A DNA stretch of 64,000 bases, from assembly GCF_009914755.1 (NCBI RefSeq), contig NC_060941.1; one strand, 5' to 3'. The notes under the pieces were generated by a model. That model was not told the DNA's origin. It made no database searches and saw nothing but the letters and a program-made list of their open reading frames with translations. Positions within the stretch are counted from its first letter, which is position 1; each line of letters starts with the position of its first letter. The DNA is from the human T2T-CHM13v2.0 reference genome, Homo sapiens. Below are positions 1 through 14,039 of this stretch, one piece after another. The position numbers were made by a program, and so were the translations under genes.

Positions 1-302
1 GAATCCTTTTTCGGATCCCTGCATAGTTTCCCCCTCTCATCTTCCTGATCTCAGTGAAGATGTCACTTCCTCAGAGAATCGATCCTCCCCTGCTCCCTGG
101 CTTCAGGCAGCCCCTGCTGTTCCCTATCAGATGCCCTTATTCATTTTTTTTTTTTTTGCCTTCACAGCATTTATTCATATTGGAAGGAGTCTTGTTCATT
201 TATTTGTTAACTTACATATTATCTGCTCCTTTACCCCCCAACATACAATGTTTTTCTAAAATCCTTAATCACCTGAGGGTGTCTGTTAAAAATAGACTGA
301 CG

Positions 303-445
303 TAAAATCAGTTAGGCATGGTGGTGCGTCTCTGTAGTCCCAGCTACTTGAGAGGCTGAGGCAGGAGGATCACCTGAGCTGAGATCATGCCCCTGTACTC
401 CAGCCTGGGTGACAGAGACAGACCCTGTATCAGAAAAAAAAAAAA
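303..445 (+). mobile_element. Alu right-arm fragment (old, internally deleted) inside a MER5-like remnant
   Basis: TGTAGTCCCAGCTACT...GAGGCTGAGGCAGGAGGATC...TCCAGCCTGGGTGACAGAG followed by an A tail. Confidence 0.85.
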
Positions 446-1547
446 TTGATGGGCTTCTCCCCTATAAATTCTGATTCAATAGTTCTGGTTTGGAGTGAGG
501 GATTTTTTAAATCAGCCCTTCCCATCGTTCTGATCTTTGGGGAGACTTGGAAAGCACAGATCTGGATGAGAGCTCTGTGAGGGGGGGGTCAGCTCCATTT
601 CCCTCCGTATCCCATATTCCCCGGGATCCCTGGCCTATGATCGTTTGCCATAACTCTTTATTGAATGAATGAATGAACGAATGAATGAGTCCACATATAT
701 TTTTTTTTTTGGTGGAACTATCCTTTTTCCTGTTTCGACAATTCAATATTCAGACAGGGAACTTGTCATTTACAAGGCACAGCGTTAGGTGCTGGGACAG
801 CTACAGGATAAAGCCAGACATGGCCCTTGCCCTCAAGGAGATGACAGCTGAGGAAGGGGAACCTGAGTCAATGCACGGGATTGCAATAAAAGACCGAGAA
901 AGGAAAGGGTCATCAGAGGGGCATAAACAAAGTGAGTTTTGCGTGGTTGAAAGGGTGGAAAGCATCCCTTTGCCTACAGATGATTTATATGGAAGAGTGG
1001 CCTGAGATAACCATAGAAGAGATGAGATTTTTAGAAACAGTATTTTTCTTTTGTCTTATGCGTTGATTTGTTGTAAGTTATACACACGTGGCTAAAAATA
1101 TTCGGGTCATAGATAAGGGTGAAGAGTGAGAAGCAGGGCTCCCTCTCTCTTTCTGCACCCCATCTTCCAGGCCTCTCCTCAGAGACAGCCTGCTATCAGA
1201 TCTCAGGCATCCTTCCAGGCATATTCTGGGCATATCTAAGCACCCAGTTGTCTAGAATAGACAGGGCATCAGAGGCAGAGATGGTGAATCAGGGCATCCA
1301 GGGGAAAGGAAGTAAGGACATGGAAGCTGGAAAATTCTTTGGAATAGAGATAAGCAGCTCACCAGTGACTTAGCTTTGTGACTTTGGGCCATGAACTCAT
1401 AAATCCAGGAGGATGGGAAGAGGGAGGTCGGTCAAGGTATTAGGTGCTTTCCTGGCTTGTTGGCTGGTTAAAATTCTTGGAACGTGGAGCATGAGAGAGA
1501 GGCAATGGGAGTGAGGTAGCCAGGGGTCAACATAAATTAAAAATTCC

Positions 1548-1703
1548 AGTCTGGCATGGTGGCTCACACCTGCAATCCCAACACTTTGGGAGGCTGAGGT
1601 GGGAGGACTGCTTGAGCTCAGGAGTTCTACACCTGCCTAGGTAACGTAGCAAGACCCCAACTCTATAATTTTTTTAAAATTAGACAGTTGTGGTGGCGTG
1701 CAC
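1548..1703 (+). mobile_element. Alu left arm / FLAM-like fragment
   Basis: GGTGGCTCACACCTGCAATCCCAACACTTTGGGAGGCTGAGG. Confidence 0.85.
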
Positions 1704-1734
1704 TGAATATTCCAAATGCTATATTTTAAGAGTG

Positions 1735-1880
1735 TGAGATGCAGATCCTCATCACCACTTTTTCTACTAACCTTCTGAGCTTCGGTTTCCTCATTGGTAA
1801 AATGGGTATAGCCCCAGAGTGTTGTCCTGAGGATTAAAGAAGATAACAAATGGGAGGCACAGAGCCATGTATATAGTAGC
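1735..1880 (+). mobile_element. MIR fragment (representative of many MIR remnants in the window)
   Basis: CTGAGCTTCGGTTTCCTCATTGGTAAAATGGG...GTTGTCCTGAGGATTAAA matches the MIR core. Confidence 0.65.
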
Positions 1881-4103
1881 CTTCCTTTATCCCTCTCCCG
1901 TGTCCCACTTCCTGGCAACCCATTCCACCTAAGTTGCCAGACTTGCCTTTGTAGAGATCTCAGCTACATCATTTATTAGCAAGGCCACTTTTGGTGAGCT
2001 GACCCCTCCTCACTCCTGGCACATAGCGGGTGCCTACATGTTCCTGCCCCATTTTCGTCTTTCCCCAGCATCATAGCCCACCTAAGAGCGTAGGAGACAT
2101 TGCTCTTGCTGTTCCAAAGACATGGCAAAAGATGAAAGCCCGAAACACTCATCCCCGGCCGGAATTATAAAAACAAAACTACTTGGATGTGAAAAATGCA
2201 GTCATGTTTCCCCGGCTGGTTAAAATATTTGATGCTCATAGAATATTCAACAACAACAAAAAAGGCTCTCACTCCATGCACCATCAAAAATGTAATGTAA
2301 TTATAGTGATGTTAAATATCCCCAGCTGTTCTGAGATATTTGAATCTTAAATCAAGCCTGCCTGTATACATCCTGCAGTTGCAGCTGGAGATCCACACCA
2401 AGTACCATACAAACATAGAGCTGGGAAAGTTCAGACAAGAACTCTGGGCTAGAACCTCCACATCTGTTTGTTAGAGGCTGGGCCTGACCCCCAAAACTGG
2501 TATGAGGATCCCCCAACCCGAGATGTTGGCAGCCATGTGCCTCAACAGGGCTATGCAATCTGACAGGTCATAAGCATTTATCCAAATCATCTTTCAAATC
2601 CATGTGCAGGGAGCGTAAAGAGATAGTGTAAAATAAATGGTAATAAAGTGAATCAACATGCGTCTCACTCCAGAGCCTTTGAGGTGGTTCTATAAATCAA
2701 ATTCTTTCCATAATTTTCTCTGTGAGACTGTGCTGAGAAGCAGAATCAAACCTCATCTGCTTTCCTGAGCAGTAGACTTAGATTTATGGATGTGAGTTCA
2801 CAGTGGATGCCCGTGCCATTTCAAAGTGGGAAAATAATTTTCACTGGGAGGGGTTCCAAGAGAAGATTAAACCCTTCACTTTCTAAGATCAGAGTATCAA
2901 CAACTTTCAGATCAGATATGCCATCAGAATCAGATGGGGATGGCCAGAATACATATTTTGGAAGAAGAGAGAGTTTACAGAGGAACAAACTGATATTGCT
3001 GTGATACAAAAGTGTCATCTGTAGGCTTAAGAATGAATCTCCTTACAGTCTATTTCAAGCTTCCCAGTGACCTGCGGTGTGACCTTGAGCAACTCAATCT
3101 CCCTCTCTGATTTTTAATTTTGATCAGAGTACTGAATGGGGAAGAAACATAAAAGGGCTCTGACCTACCCAGAGAGGTGTGATATGAAAATGACATAATG
3201 TTTCTTGGCTAGAATTGTAACAATATACAGAAGGCCATTGAAGTCTACTTTTGTACGGCCTTAAAAGTCTTTCTTGGAAGAATTGAGGGGAATCACCTAT
3301 TTTAATGATGATAAGGATGATGAAGATAATAGTGGTAACTCACATTTATTTAGGACCTACACACCTGTGCTGTGCTTTTACATACAAGAGAGCAGGAACA
3401 GTTTCTGTATTTACACTAAACATTTATCCACAAACACTAGCCTATGGCTGGCTCTCAATAATAAAGGGATTAACATATGATTTTTAAGTTTTGAAACAGC
3501 CCTACACGAAAAGTATGGTCTGTGTTTCGCAAATGAGGAAACAAAAGCTTATACTAAAACATATCTTGGATTTGAACTCAAGTCCTCATGACTGCAAATG
3601 TGCATGCTCTTTCTGTGGCTACATGAGGAAGGAATGCATTGGTGCGAGGCAGGGTGTGTCTTAGGAAGTCCAGTCCACCCTCCTCTTTGCCTTGAATGGC
3701 TGGGTGACTTAGGCCTCAGGATCCTCCTCTGTAATATGAGGGCATGAACCAAATGAGTCTCAGTAAGGGTAAGCAGCTCTCTAACGGCCACCCAGCCAAC
3801 ATAATACCTGGCAAAGCTGGGATTTGAACTTGAGTCTGTCGACTCCTGAGGCAGTCTCCTTTCTACTCCCCCTAACCACCTCCTTTCTAAGTTTCTGGAG
3901 TCCAAATTCCCAATCTTGCATTATGTAAGTGTGGTTAAAATACTCCCAAGCTATTTCTGAAACTAGATGCATGTTTGTTACAAATTCTTTCATTTTTTTG
4001 AATTTTGGACAGATTCTGCTTCAAAATTACCCAGCCTCGTTCACTAATGTGGATTCAGGTCTGTAATAGAAAGTGTTTTGTACATCAGAAACAAATGAGG
4101 CCT

Positions 4104-4965
<862 letters not shown>

Positions 4966-5249
4966 ATGGCCTTTGCACTTTGGTTTGACTGACACCCCAG
5001 CTAGGCCCTGGCCCTCTGTTAACCCTGCTCTGGTGTGGCAGAGGGCTTCCCCCAGAGCACTGATGCTTCTGATATTGCACATTCTCTTGGGTTCACTGGG
5101 GAGCCCAGCATCTCTCCCCAGGCACACTTATTTGCTTCACTTTAGGATGTTCATCCCACATGCACTTTTATAGATCCAATGAATCGGTATGGCTGAACCA
5201 CAGGGATCCCTCCTTATCAGCATTCACAGGGCTTCCAGGAGCCCACGGC

Positions 5250-5405
5250 CCTGTCTCTCAAAGCGAGTGTGGTTTGTGGACCAGCAGCATCTGTACCACC
5301 TGGGAGCTTGTTAGAAATGCAAATCTCAGGCCTTGCCCCAACCTACTGAATCAGGGTCTCTGTTGAGGGCCTAGTAACCCGGACATGCTCAAGTTTGAGA
5401 AGCGT
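5250..5405. mobile_element. MER5A-type hAT-Charlie DNA transposon remnant
   Basis: CAGCAGCATC...ACCTGGGAGCTTGTTAGAAATGCAAATCTCAGGCC...CTACTGAATCAG...AAGTTTGAGAAGC. Confidence 0.75.
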
Positions 5406-8400
5406 AGCCCCCTTAAGGACTTTGCAACCGTCCATTGCCAACTGGAGTGTGGTGCAACAGTTTAGTACCAGTTCTTTTCTGCAAAGTACTCACAAGCCCA
5501 TCACTTTTTCCCTAAGAACATCTTCCAGGGCAGGTGAAATCTCAAACCGACACTGACCAGCAACAGAGGTGCTGGAGGAAGCAAAGGTATATGGGGCCTT
5601 AAGAGACCTTAATTCAAATGCTGGCTCTTCTTGTATTCCTGTGCTGAGTGACCTCAGGCAAGTCACTCCTACCTCTGGAGTTAGGCAGGCAATAGAGTGT
5701 AATCAGCATCCTCCATTGCTGCAGAGATAGCAACGTACATTATCACATCCTATCCAGGTATAATAAATTAAGCTTCTGCTGATTACAAATGCAGGTTTGT
5801 CTGGCCAAAGCTGCACCAAGATCTTTTTGTGGGAACAATTGTGATGCAGTGCGTTGACTTTGGAACCCTAAGTCAGGGCTTCTGTGACCTTGACCAAGGT
5901 ACGGAACCACACAGTGCCTCAGTTTTCTTTTTGGTATCAGGGACAAAAGAATACGTTTTTGTCTGCTCTGTTGTTAGCTGAAATAAAATAATGAATGTAA
6001 AAGTGTCTGGCAGAAAGAAGGAGCTCAATAAACGTGTGTGGAATCGGAGGAAACAATTTACAAGGCAAATTAATAGTATAAACAATGGTGTCAGGGGAGA
6101 TATTTGACATGCTCAGAACAAACTTCCTGAGTACGTTAGCAGCCTCTATTTGTTTTACCAACAATTCATGTTCCAATTATGAGTGAGTCATCTATTTGTT
6201 AGCACAGGCCCGAGCTGGAACTCAGTTTGGCACCATTTCCTCATGCAGGACTTCAAGTTACCAGTGTCCTTGAAAGAATGAAAATAGTGATTTAGTTGAG
6301 GTTGTGGCACAATTAAAACTTTTTTTCACAACTCCTAGGCAGATTCTCCTCCATAGATCTACTTCTCTTCTGTTTGTCTGAGGGCAGAGGAGGATGCAAA
6401 TTCATTACTGATCTTGTCCTCTTACGAACCGTCTTTCCTTCTCAGGGTTGCAGGTCTTGGAACCCAGGATGACTCTCCAAAGCCTACAGCAACTTGCAGT
6501 GAAAAAAACTTCAAGGCTTGGAAGATTGTGAGTGGTACCCTCTATGAAAGGATTTGTTCTTATCAGCATCTCTGAGTGTTGGCAGAATGGAGCCATAGGA
6601 AAGAACATGGGCTTTGAAGCTGGACTGATCTTTCGTTGAATCGTGACTCTACTACTTCCCAGATGCATGGCTTTGTACCTCCTTGAGCCTCGGCTTTCTC
6701 ATCTGTAAGCAGGGTTCCATGACACTCATTCATGCTGTTAAAATTGAATGTGACTGTTTATGTAACAGGTACCCAATACAAATCCTAGGCTGTTTCATTC
6801 CAGCCCCACTCCCTGTATATCAGGAAGCTCCTTTTAGACTCAGTCACTCCGATGAGGCACATTGACTGTTGCAAGCCTATTTACCAGAAACAGATCAGAC
6901 TTATGGTCATCTTGGTGACTCAGTGCCTGGCACACAGTAGGTGCTTAATGTGCATTGACTCCAATTGACATCCAATTGAGTCAATGAAATTTACTCAATT
7001 TCTGAGTAGTTCATCCAAGCAAATCACTTAGGAGAATGAAGGCAACCGACCCGCGAAGCAAATGTCCTGGCTATTTCTCCAGCCCTTCTCCATTGGGCAG
7101 ACATTTGATTGATGCCTTCGTGACTGGCCAAAGTGGCCCCAAAATAGCCACTATCAGAATCATCCTGATGTTGGTCATTTTGGATATCTGCAGACCTGAG
7201 TGGAGTTTACATTTGATTCCCTAAACTAATTTCCCCGAAGTCAAATAACTGGTGGAGGTCTTTTCATGTTCCTTGTATAAATGTCTATTTAATCACCATC
7301 CTGTCTCTAGCACTTCAATAACTTGTACATTTCCCCCCTTAATTACTGTTTCAGCTCTGCAAAGAAAAGAAATGGTTGGCTGAAAAACTCACGCCATCTG
7401 CACTATTTGAGCTCTCCGTTCCCCTGACTGCCCACTTGAATACAGAACTTTTCAGCTAAATCCCGTTGATCATTTGGCTCATGCCCTCATATTAAACAGG
7501 AGAATCCTGAAACCAAAGTCACTCAACTAGCCAGGGCAAAGCTGAGGTTGGGCTGGACTTCCCAGGACACACCCTGCCTCCTACTGATGGACTCCTTCCT
7601 CATGCAGCTGCAGAACGTGCATGTACCTTTGCAGTCAGGAGGACTTGGGTTCAAACCCAAGCTTTGTCACCTGCTGGGTCTGTGACTTTAGGTGGATTAC
7701 AGATGCTCCCAGCACTGCAGTTCACCCATTTATAAAATGTAGATTTTCACACAGTCTTCCAGGGTTATTGCACAGAATTGAGATGACATGAAACATGCCC
7801 AGCCAGAGTCTGGCACATCACAGCTGCCCAATGCTATTTGCCTTTGTCCTTCACTCAAAATTCTCACCGCAAGTCATAATAATGGAAATAGCTCACATTT
7901 CCTGAGTGCTTACTTAGGGCCAGGAATGGGTCTAAGCACCTCACATGTATTAGCTTATTTATTCCTCTTTCTCTAAAGACAAAAGTATCTTTCTTGATTC
8001 CCTAAAGCTATCCATCCTCCCAACTACTGGACTGCCTGGCCTAGTGCCATTTCAACAGAGTTAGCTGATTTTAAACAATATGTTGCTGAAATGATTTCTT
8101 GCTTTCTGTCCTGGCAAGTAGCAGCCAGCTTGTCTGATGTGACAAAATGTGATGAAACTAAATGCTGTTTTCTTCGCTTTCAGTACATATGAGTGGTCCA
8201 AAATCTGAACTCAAGGTTAACTCTTGCAGAGGGGGTTGGGCAATAGTGAAGGGTGCAGGGAGGAGTGGCTTCTCATAGAGTTAGGAACAGGGTGGTAGCT
8301 GGGGTGTTTGGGACACAGATGAGGTCTCTCTCCACAGTCTAACAACCAGTAGTGAAAGAAGTCAGAGTTTTGCTGCAAAGTTCAAAAACTTTAGTTTGGT

Positions 8401-8935
8401 CTCCAGGCACCCACTACGTAATTGCATCGTCACCCCTCAGCCCAGCTCCCATCTCAGCACATCCAGTCCCTCCCTCCAGCCACCCTGAACTAGGCGCGGG
8501 GCCTAGAATGCATGTGTTCAATCTCATTATTTCATGTCTCTGAACTCTTGCAATGGACTCCTGTCCTCTCACCCTGAAGTCCTCTTTCTCTCCTTTTCTA
8601 CTTTGGAGCTTCTACTTATCCTTCAAGATTTAGCTGAGATACCACCTCCTCCAATAAACCATCGAAGATCCCCAGTCTGATCCTTGGAGCCCACACAGCA
8701 CCTCTGTACGCTCCTGGTATCTATTCACACACCTCTGTCCTCAACATCACTGAGAGCTCCCAAAGGGCATGTACCAAGCCTTATTTAATTTTATACCCCC
8801 CAGCAGCTAGTACAGAAACTTAGTATATAGTTGACCTTCAAGAGACATTGGTCGATTGAATGAATGAACTGGAAAATGAGAAAATGAGCATATATCTCTA
8901 CTCAGGTAAGTGGTCATAATATGATATGATAATTA

Positions 8936-9000
8936 TATGAATAGTAATTATGAATAGTAACTATGAATACTATGAATACTATAGTAAATATGAATAGCAA
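8936..9000. repeat. Degenerate AT-rich tandem repeat, unit ~TATGAATAGTAA(T/C)
   Basis: About five TATGAATA cores are visible. Confidence 0.7.
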
Positions 9001-10657
9001 CTGCTACCATCAGATGTCAAGACACTGAGCTGAGCACTTTATCCACATTATGATAATGGCTCTTGAATATTGAGCACCTACTGCTGTCCAGGCATGTGCC
9101 AGTTATTGCTCATATGTTATCTTCACCTCAGATCTCCGAGGCAGGAATTATTACCAGAGGCTCATGGAGCAAAGTGTCTGTCCAAGGCACAGAGCTAGGA
9201 AATGGCAGCACCAAAGACCCACGCTGAGGTCTGCCTGGCACTCTCCCCTGAACCATGCCATCTGCCAGAGAGAGAGCCATTGCTCCTTGTTCCTGCAGAG
9301 GACCTCAGATTGGCCTCTGTTGGTTTCTGTTCCAACCCCCTGGTTCTTCTTCCAAAGCCCCAGTGCTCAGATAGCTCAGCCTCACTGTTTTGCATCCCAC
9401 CCAATTACTGGGAAGGCTCCCTTCTTCTGGCCCAGGAAACCCCAGAAGGGCCAGAGTGTGCAGAGCTCAAGTCCACAGCTGATGCCAGGGAAACAACACA
9501 GGCATTCAGAAGCCAAGCTGCTTTATCTGACTGCTGAGAGATTAACTCTTGCACAGCTGCAACAAAGAGAGGAGCTGCAACTAAACACATCTCGAGTGGG
9601 CCTAGAGGATAAGACCCAACAGACACCCCCCTCCCCTGCCAGGTTTCTTTCCAGACCATGGGACTAACTGGCTGAAATGGGACTTAGGGACAGCTGGCAC
9701 ATCCCCCCAAAGGCCTCCTCTAGAACTCCATCTCTCACCTGTTGCTCTAGTCCTCTTAGGATTGGGGAGCACAGGTGTCTGGGGAGTGCTTGGCATCTTG
9801 TTTTCTACTTTCCCTTCTCTGTTCCCAAAAGGAATAAATGCCCAGAAGTGGCCTGGTTCTCACTGAAATACATTTCACTGGTGTTCTCTAGAGGAATTAA
9901 GCCAGGAGCCTTGTTGCAGGCTACACAAGACAACAGGGAATGTTGGGGGTACCTGATGGAGGTATGCATTCCCCAGTCCTTTCCTGTCACTACTTGTCAA
10001 GCTGTCTGTTGGGTGCCGGAGACAGCAAGTACATCAGATATGATTCCTACTCTGGTCTGGAGGGGGAGACAGGCACAGTCTAACAGGTGTGATGACATGT
10101 GCCTGTGTGAGGATTGACATCTAAACAGGGTGGAAGAGGGGCAAGAAGGGGAAGGCATCAGTTGTTTGGTGATGTGGCATAGATGCAGCAGGTGGTCAGG
10201 AAAGGCTCCAAAGCAGGAGAAACCCCAGAGCTGCCTGTTGAGCAGGCAGGTGTCCCCCAGGCAGACAAAGCAGCATGAAAGGGGAGTTACAGCAGCAGCG
10301 GAAACCAAACCAAGCAGAGGGGCTTGAGGAGCAGGGATTCAGCTGTTGGGAGCTGTTCTGTAGACCTTGAGTATATGGTATGAGGGAGGGTGTGGCAAGA
10401 AATAAAGCAGGACCAGGTGGAGGGTCTGAGGAGCTCAGGTCTTAATCTGAGGACAGCTGAACCACTGAAAGGTTTGAAGAAGGGAAACCATGTGCTTTGA
10501 GCAGTGCTTTAGAGACTACTCTGGCTGTAAAGCAGACAATGGGATGCAGGGTGTTGGCTGGGACAGAGCTTGAGGCCAAAAGACCAGTTAGGAGGCTGAT
10601 GTGATTGAAAGGAAGCATTTCTATAGGAGCTCAGCAGAGTTTTCAGAGCTCTCTCTG

Positions 10658-10686
10658 ACACACACACACACACACACACACACACA
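10658..10686. repeat. (CA)n microsatellite
   Basis: Perfect AC run. Confidence 0.95.
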
Positions 10687-13325
10687 ACTAATATGGTGTA
10701 TACAGTATTGTTATCTCCATTAGATGATTTAGGAAACTCAAGAATAGAGAGATTAAGTCACTTGCCCAAGGGCACATGGTAAGTGGTAGACTCAGAATTT
10801 GAGCCCAGTCAGTGCAGCTTGAGAGTTCATGTTCTCAGCCACTACACTTTGGTGCCACTCCATCAAAGATGACAAAGGCTAGAGACAAGGCAGTGTGGTT
10901 AGATGAAAATATTCCTGACAGGCCTGCTGTATATTTGGGGCTCCCTGAAATAGCTTCTGGCTTCTACAGACAGAGGGGTGAAGCCTTTAATTCTGAGGTC
11001 CTTGGAAAAACCTACAGCATGCAACTTTAAGGGGCTGGATACTCCCAGGACTGGGCCATGATAGGAAGCCACTAGGGGTCACCTGAGTCTCCAGGAACAC
11101 ATACCTTTGGGGAATGGAGGTAATACTTTTGCTTGGATGTGTGTGTGCCTGCAAACTCTTCAAACGCAGGGACTCAGAGTACAGGGAGGTAAGAGAAGGG
11201 TGTGCCCCAGTGGGAAGGACCTTACTGTCTTCAACTCCCTAACAATTGACCCACACAACTCATGGCCATGCCTGCTGCAGAGGTTGAAGTCAGGTGGCTC
11301 CTGAAGGGACTGTGTCCTCTGCATGCCACAGGGACATGTTGCCAAGACTCTGATGACCTGGGCCACATGGGGTGGCTCCACTTTCCACTCTCCCAGCTCC
11401 TAGGAGGGACAGGATTCCTAGGAGTAGAGGTGGGGGAGAGGGCAAGAGTCCTGTGTAAGTCCTCTGAGAGAAGAGAGGCCCAAGGTCAGAGAGGAAGGGT
11501 ACCTGTGGTTTCTGTGTAATGCAATTAGTGGTATGCAAAATTGGACTTTGAACTTGCTGGCTCTGAGCATTGGACAGCTTTTTAGAGCTTCATTTTTCTT
11601 ATTTTAAAAATGGGAATAAAACTCATTAACGCAGGGCTGCGGTGAGTATCAAAAGTGCATAGTGGCTGTTAGAATGCAATTCCACACACTTTGCAAAGCA
11701 ATAGTCAGATTTTCAGAATTACATTTGATGGGCCATGCTGTAAAACTTGGAGCAGGAGCGAGGGCCTGTTGCTACTTGGATGTAACCTTGAACTTTAATC
11801 TAACTCTTGAGGCTGCTAATTAGTGATCAGCAAAAAAAACAATAAACAACAAGAGATCGCTGCCCTCATTCCTTCAGCTTCGTGGAACTCAGAATTGTGC
11901 TTGGAGTCCTGGAAGAAATCACTTAGAAGCATATGTTAACAGCATCTCCTACTTGCCAAAGCAGGGAGCCATCAGGTAGATATTCTTTAAAAGCCAGCTG
12001 AAAATCTCAGGAAATAAGGAATGTTTTCGGAGTGGATAATTCAGGGCTACTAAATATACAAGCTTAAAGCAAAGCCAGCAGGACAAGATTGAAGCCAGGA
12101 TTGCCTTCCTAGACAAGGAATAATCCAATCAGCCAATGAGAGACCTGGTCTGACCGGCATCATGCCAACACTTGTTGGAACCGTGGCATCTCTTTACCAT
12201 CCCAAAAAAAGCTTTGTCAGAAATGAGGATCTCAGGAGTGATGAATCAGATCTGGTAAAATCACCATCATAGCACTACCAATAAACACACACACCAACCT
12301 TCCCTGCACTAGTGGAAAAGCCCAAACCCACCTAAGGGACATTTACACACGAATGGCTGGACAGGCATGCATCATGCTGGGGCCTGGCACCAGAACTCCT
12401 CCAAGGCAGACTGCACAAGGCAGATACCTTCTGTCCAACAGCTGCGTTATCCAGACCCACAGCGTGGGGGAACCGGCACAGCAAATGGTTTACAAACCCT
12501 AAGCACAGCTTCTCCTGGCCGCGGCTGTTTGCATCCACATGCCTGCTAGGATGCTTTCTCAACTCCGGAGCAATCCTCCAGACCAGAAGACCCACACTTA
12601 CATTTTATGGGGGACGGAGGCCAGGTGAAGGGCCCAACCCTGGCGCACCACTGCTCAGTTCCGCTGGATGCTCAAGACTCCTGCATTTTGAAAAAGTAGC
12701 CAAAGCATGCTGCTGCCTCTCCCACCAAACTGTCTACAGCTTCAGTGTTGGTTTTCTGGGAGTTTCCTCACAAGTTCTCCTAGATTCTAAGTGTTTGGGA
12801 ACTTTGAAGACATAAGCTGCTTCGGATCGTAGGCCTGCTTAGGGACTCTGCGTGATTCCCCTGATGATCCATTTTTCAAGCGCTTCCTTTTTTTTTTTTT
12901 TTTTTAAGAGCCGTCTATTGGTTTTCCCAAAGACAAGAAGTCCGCACTTAAGAGATCTACACTCCAAACACAGAGCAGTTTCTTGGAGTCCTGAGGGCCT
13001 GGAGTTGAGGTCGGGAAGAAGGAGGCTGACTAATATTCACAGACGGGACCATAAGGAGTAGAATGAGGGCTTTGGGGGCTGACACTGGAAGGAGGGGCTG
13101 GGACAGGGGAGCTCCCACTGGTGGGAGGCGACTCCTCCTACAGTTAAGTCCAAGTTCCCACAACCTGCAGGAGAAGACTCAGGGGACCCAAGAATGGGTT
13201 CTGCCTTGGCATCGTGGAGTGGTAACACTGCAAGAGGCCTGGGGACAGCCCCGAGGGGGCGGAACACCAGGCCTCCTGACTGCCGGGGAGTGGGGCGCAG
13301 AGGGAGCGGGTTCGCGCGGAGGGCA

Positions 13326-13331
13326 ACTCAC
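13326..13331 (-). other. ASIC2: 5' splice donor of ASIC2b exon 1 (TCC|GTGAGT)
   Basis: Plus-strand actcac reads GTGAGT on the minus strand directly after ...AAC TTC TCC TCC. ASIC-like sequence stops here. Confidence 0.95.
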
Positions 13332-14039
13332 GGAGGAGAAGTTGTGCGGCCCGCAGAGCTCGCCGCGGTACTTGCAGGAGAGCAGCATGTCCTCCAGCTG
13401 GTGGCCCAGGCGGTCCATGAAGGCGGCGCTGATTCCCTCGAAGTGGCGCGGAGGCAAGAAGAGGCGGAAGTCCGCCAGCTTGCGGAACCACTGGCGGCGC
13501 GGCTCGTCGCCCCGCAGCAGCTCGCTGACAAGCGGGCGCGCGGTGCGGTTGGGCAGCAGCAGCCCGAGCCAGTGGCCGGCATAGTAGAGGTCCCCCTTGG
13601 AGAGGCGCGGGAAGCGCAGCGGGTTGTTGTTGCACACGGTGACGGCGGGGAAGGGTAACTGGCGGCTCCACTCGCGGTGCACCCGCGTGTGTGACGGGAA
13701 GCTGAGCCAGTAGAGCAAGCGGTTCGAGGACCAGGACAGCAGCAAGCCGAAGGATGTACAGAAGGCCAGCACCCACAGCGCCCGCCGCTGGAAGGAGCCC
13801 CCAGCCGCCGTGCGCCCGGCACACATGTGCCGCAGCCCGTGCAGTTTAGCGCGGCTCAGCGATGGCCGCCCCCTGCGGGCGACCCCTGGCCCCTGCAGCG
13901 CCCGCTCGCCGCCTCTGCCGCCCCCGGGCTGCCCGGCAGCCGCCAACGCCGCGGGCGCCGGCTCCTCGCGGGCCATGCGGAAGCGTCCCGGGCCGGTGAG
14001 CGCGGCTGCGGGCAGCCCGGCTCCGCCAATCCGGCTCAT
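13332..14039 (-). CDS. ASIC2: Acid-sensing ion channel 2, isoform ASIC2b (MDEG2): first coding exon (N-terminus, TM1, start of extracellular domain; 236 codons), partial CDS
   Basis: The translation MSRIGGAGLPAAALTGPGRFRMAREE... contains the DEG/ENaC His-Gly motif (SRAKLHGLRHM), TM1 (ALWVLAFCTSFGLLLSWSSNRLLYWLSF), the FPAVTVCNNN signature and DLYYAGHWLGLL...MLLSCKYRGELCGPHNFSS. A GTGAGT donor follows codon 236 (708 nt, phase 0). I recognise this as the ASIC2b-specific N-terminus. Confidence 0.97.

Noticed and set aside
9164-10117. 167-aa and 146-aa plus-strand ORFs
   Set aside because: There is no recognisable domain or exon structure, and the first begins in a MIR-like remnant. They are consistent with chance.
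13179-13331. C-terminal 50 aa of the 286-aa ORF (VSCPPREPAP...)
   Set aside because: It is read-through past the GTGAGT donor into intron, with no ASIC similarity.
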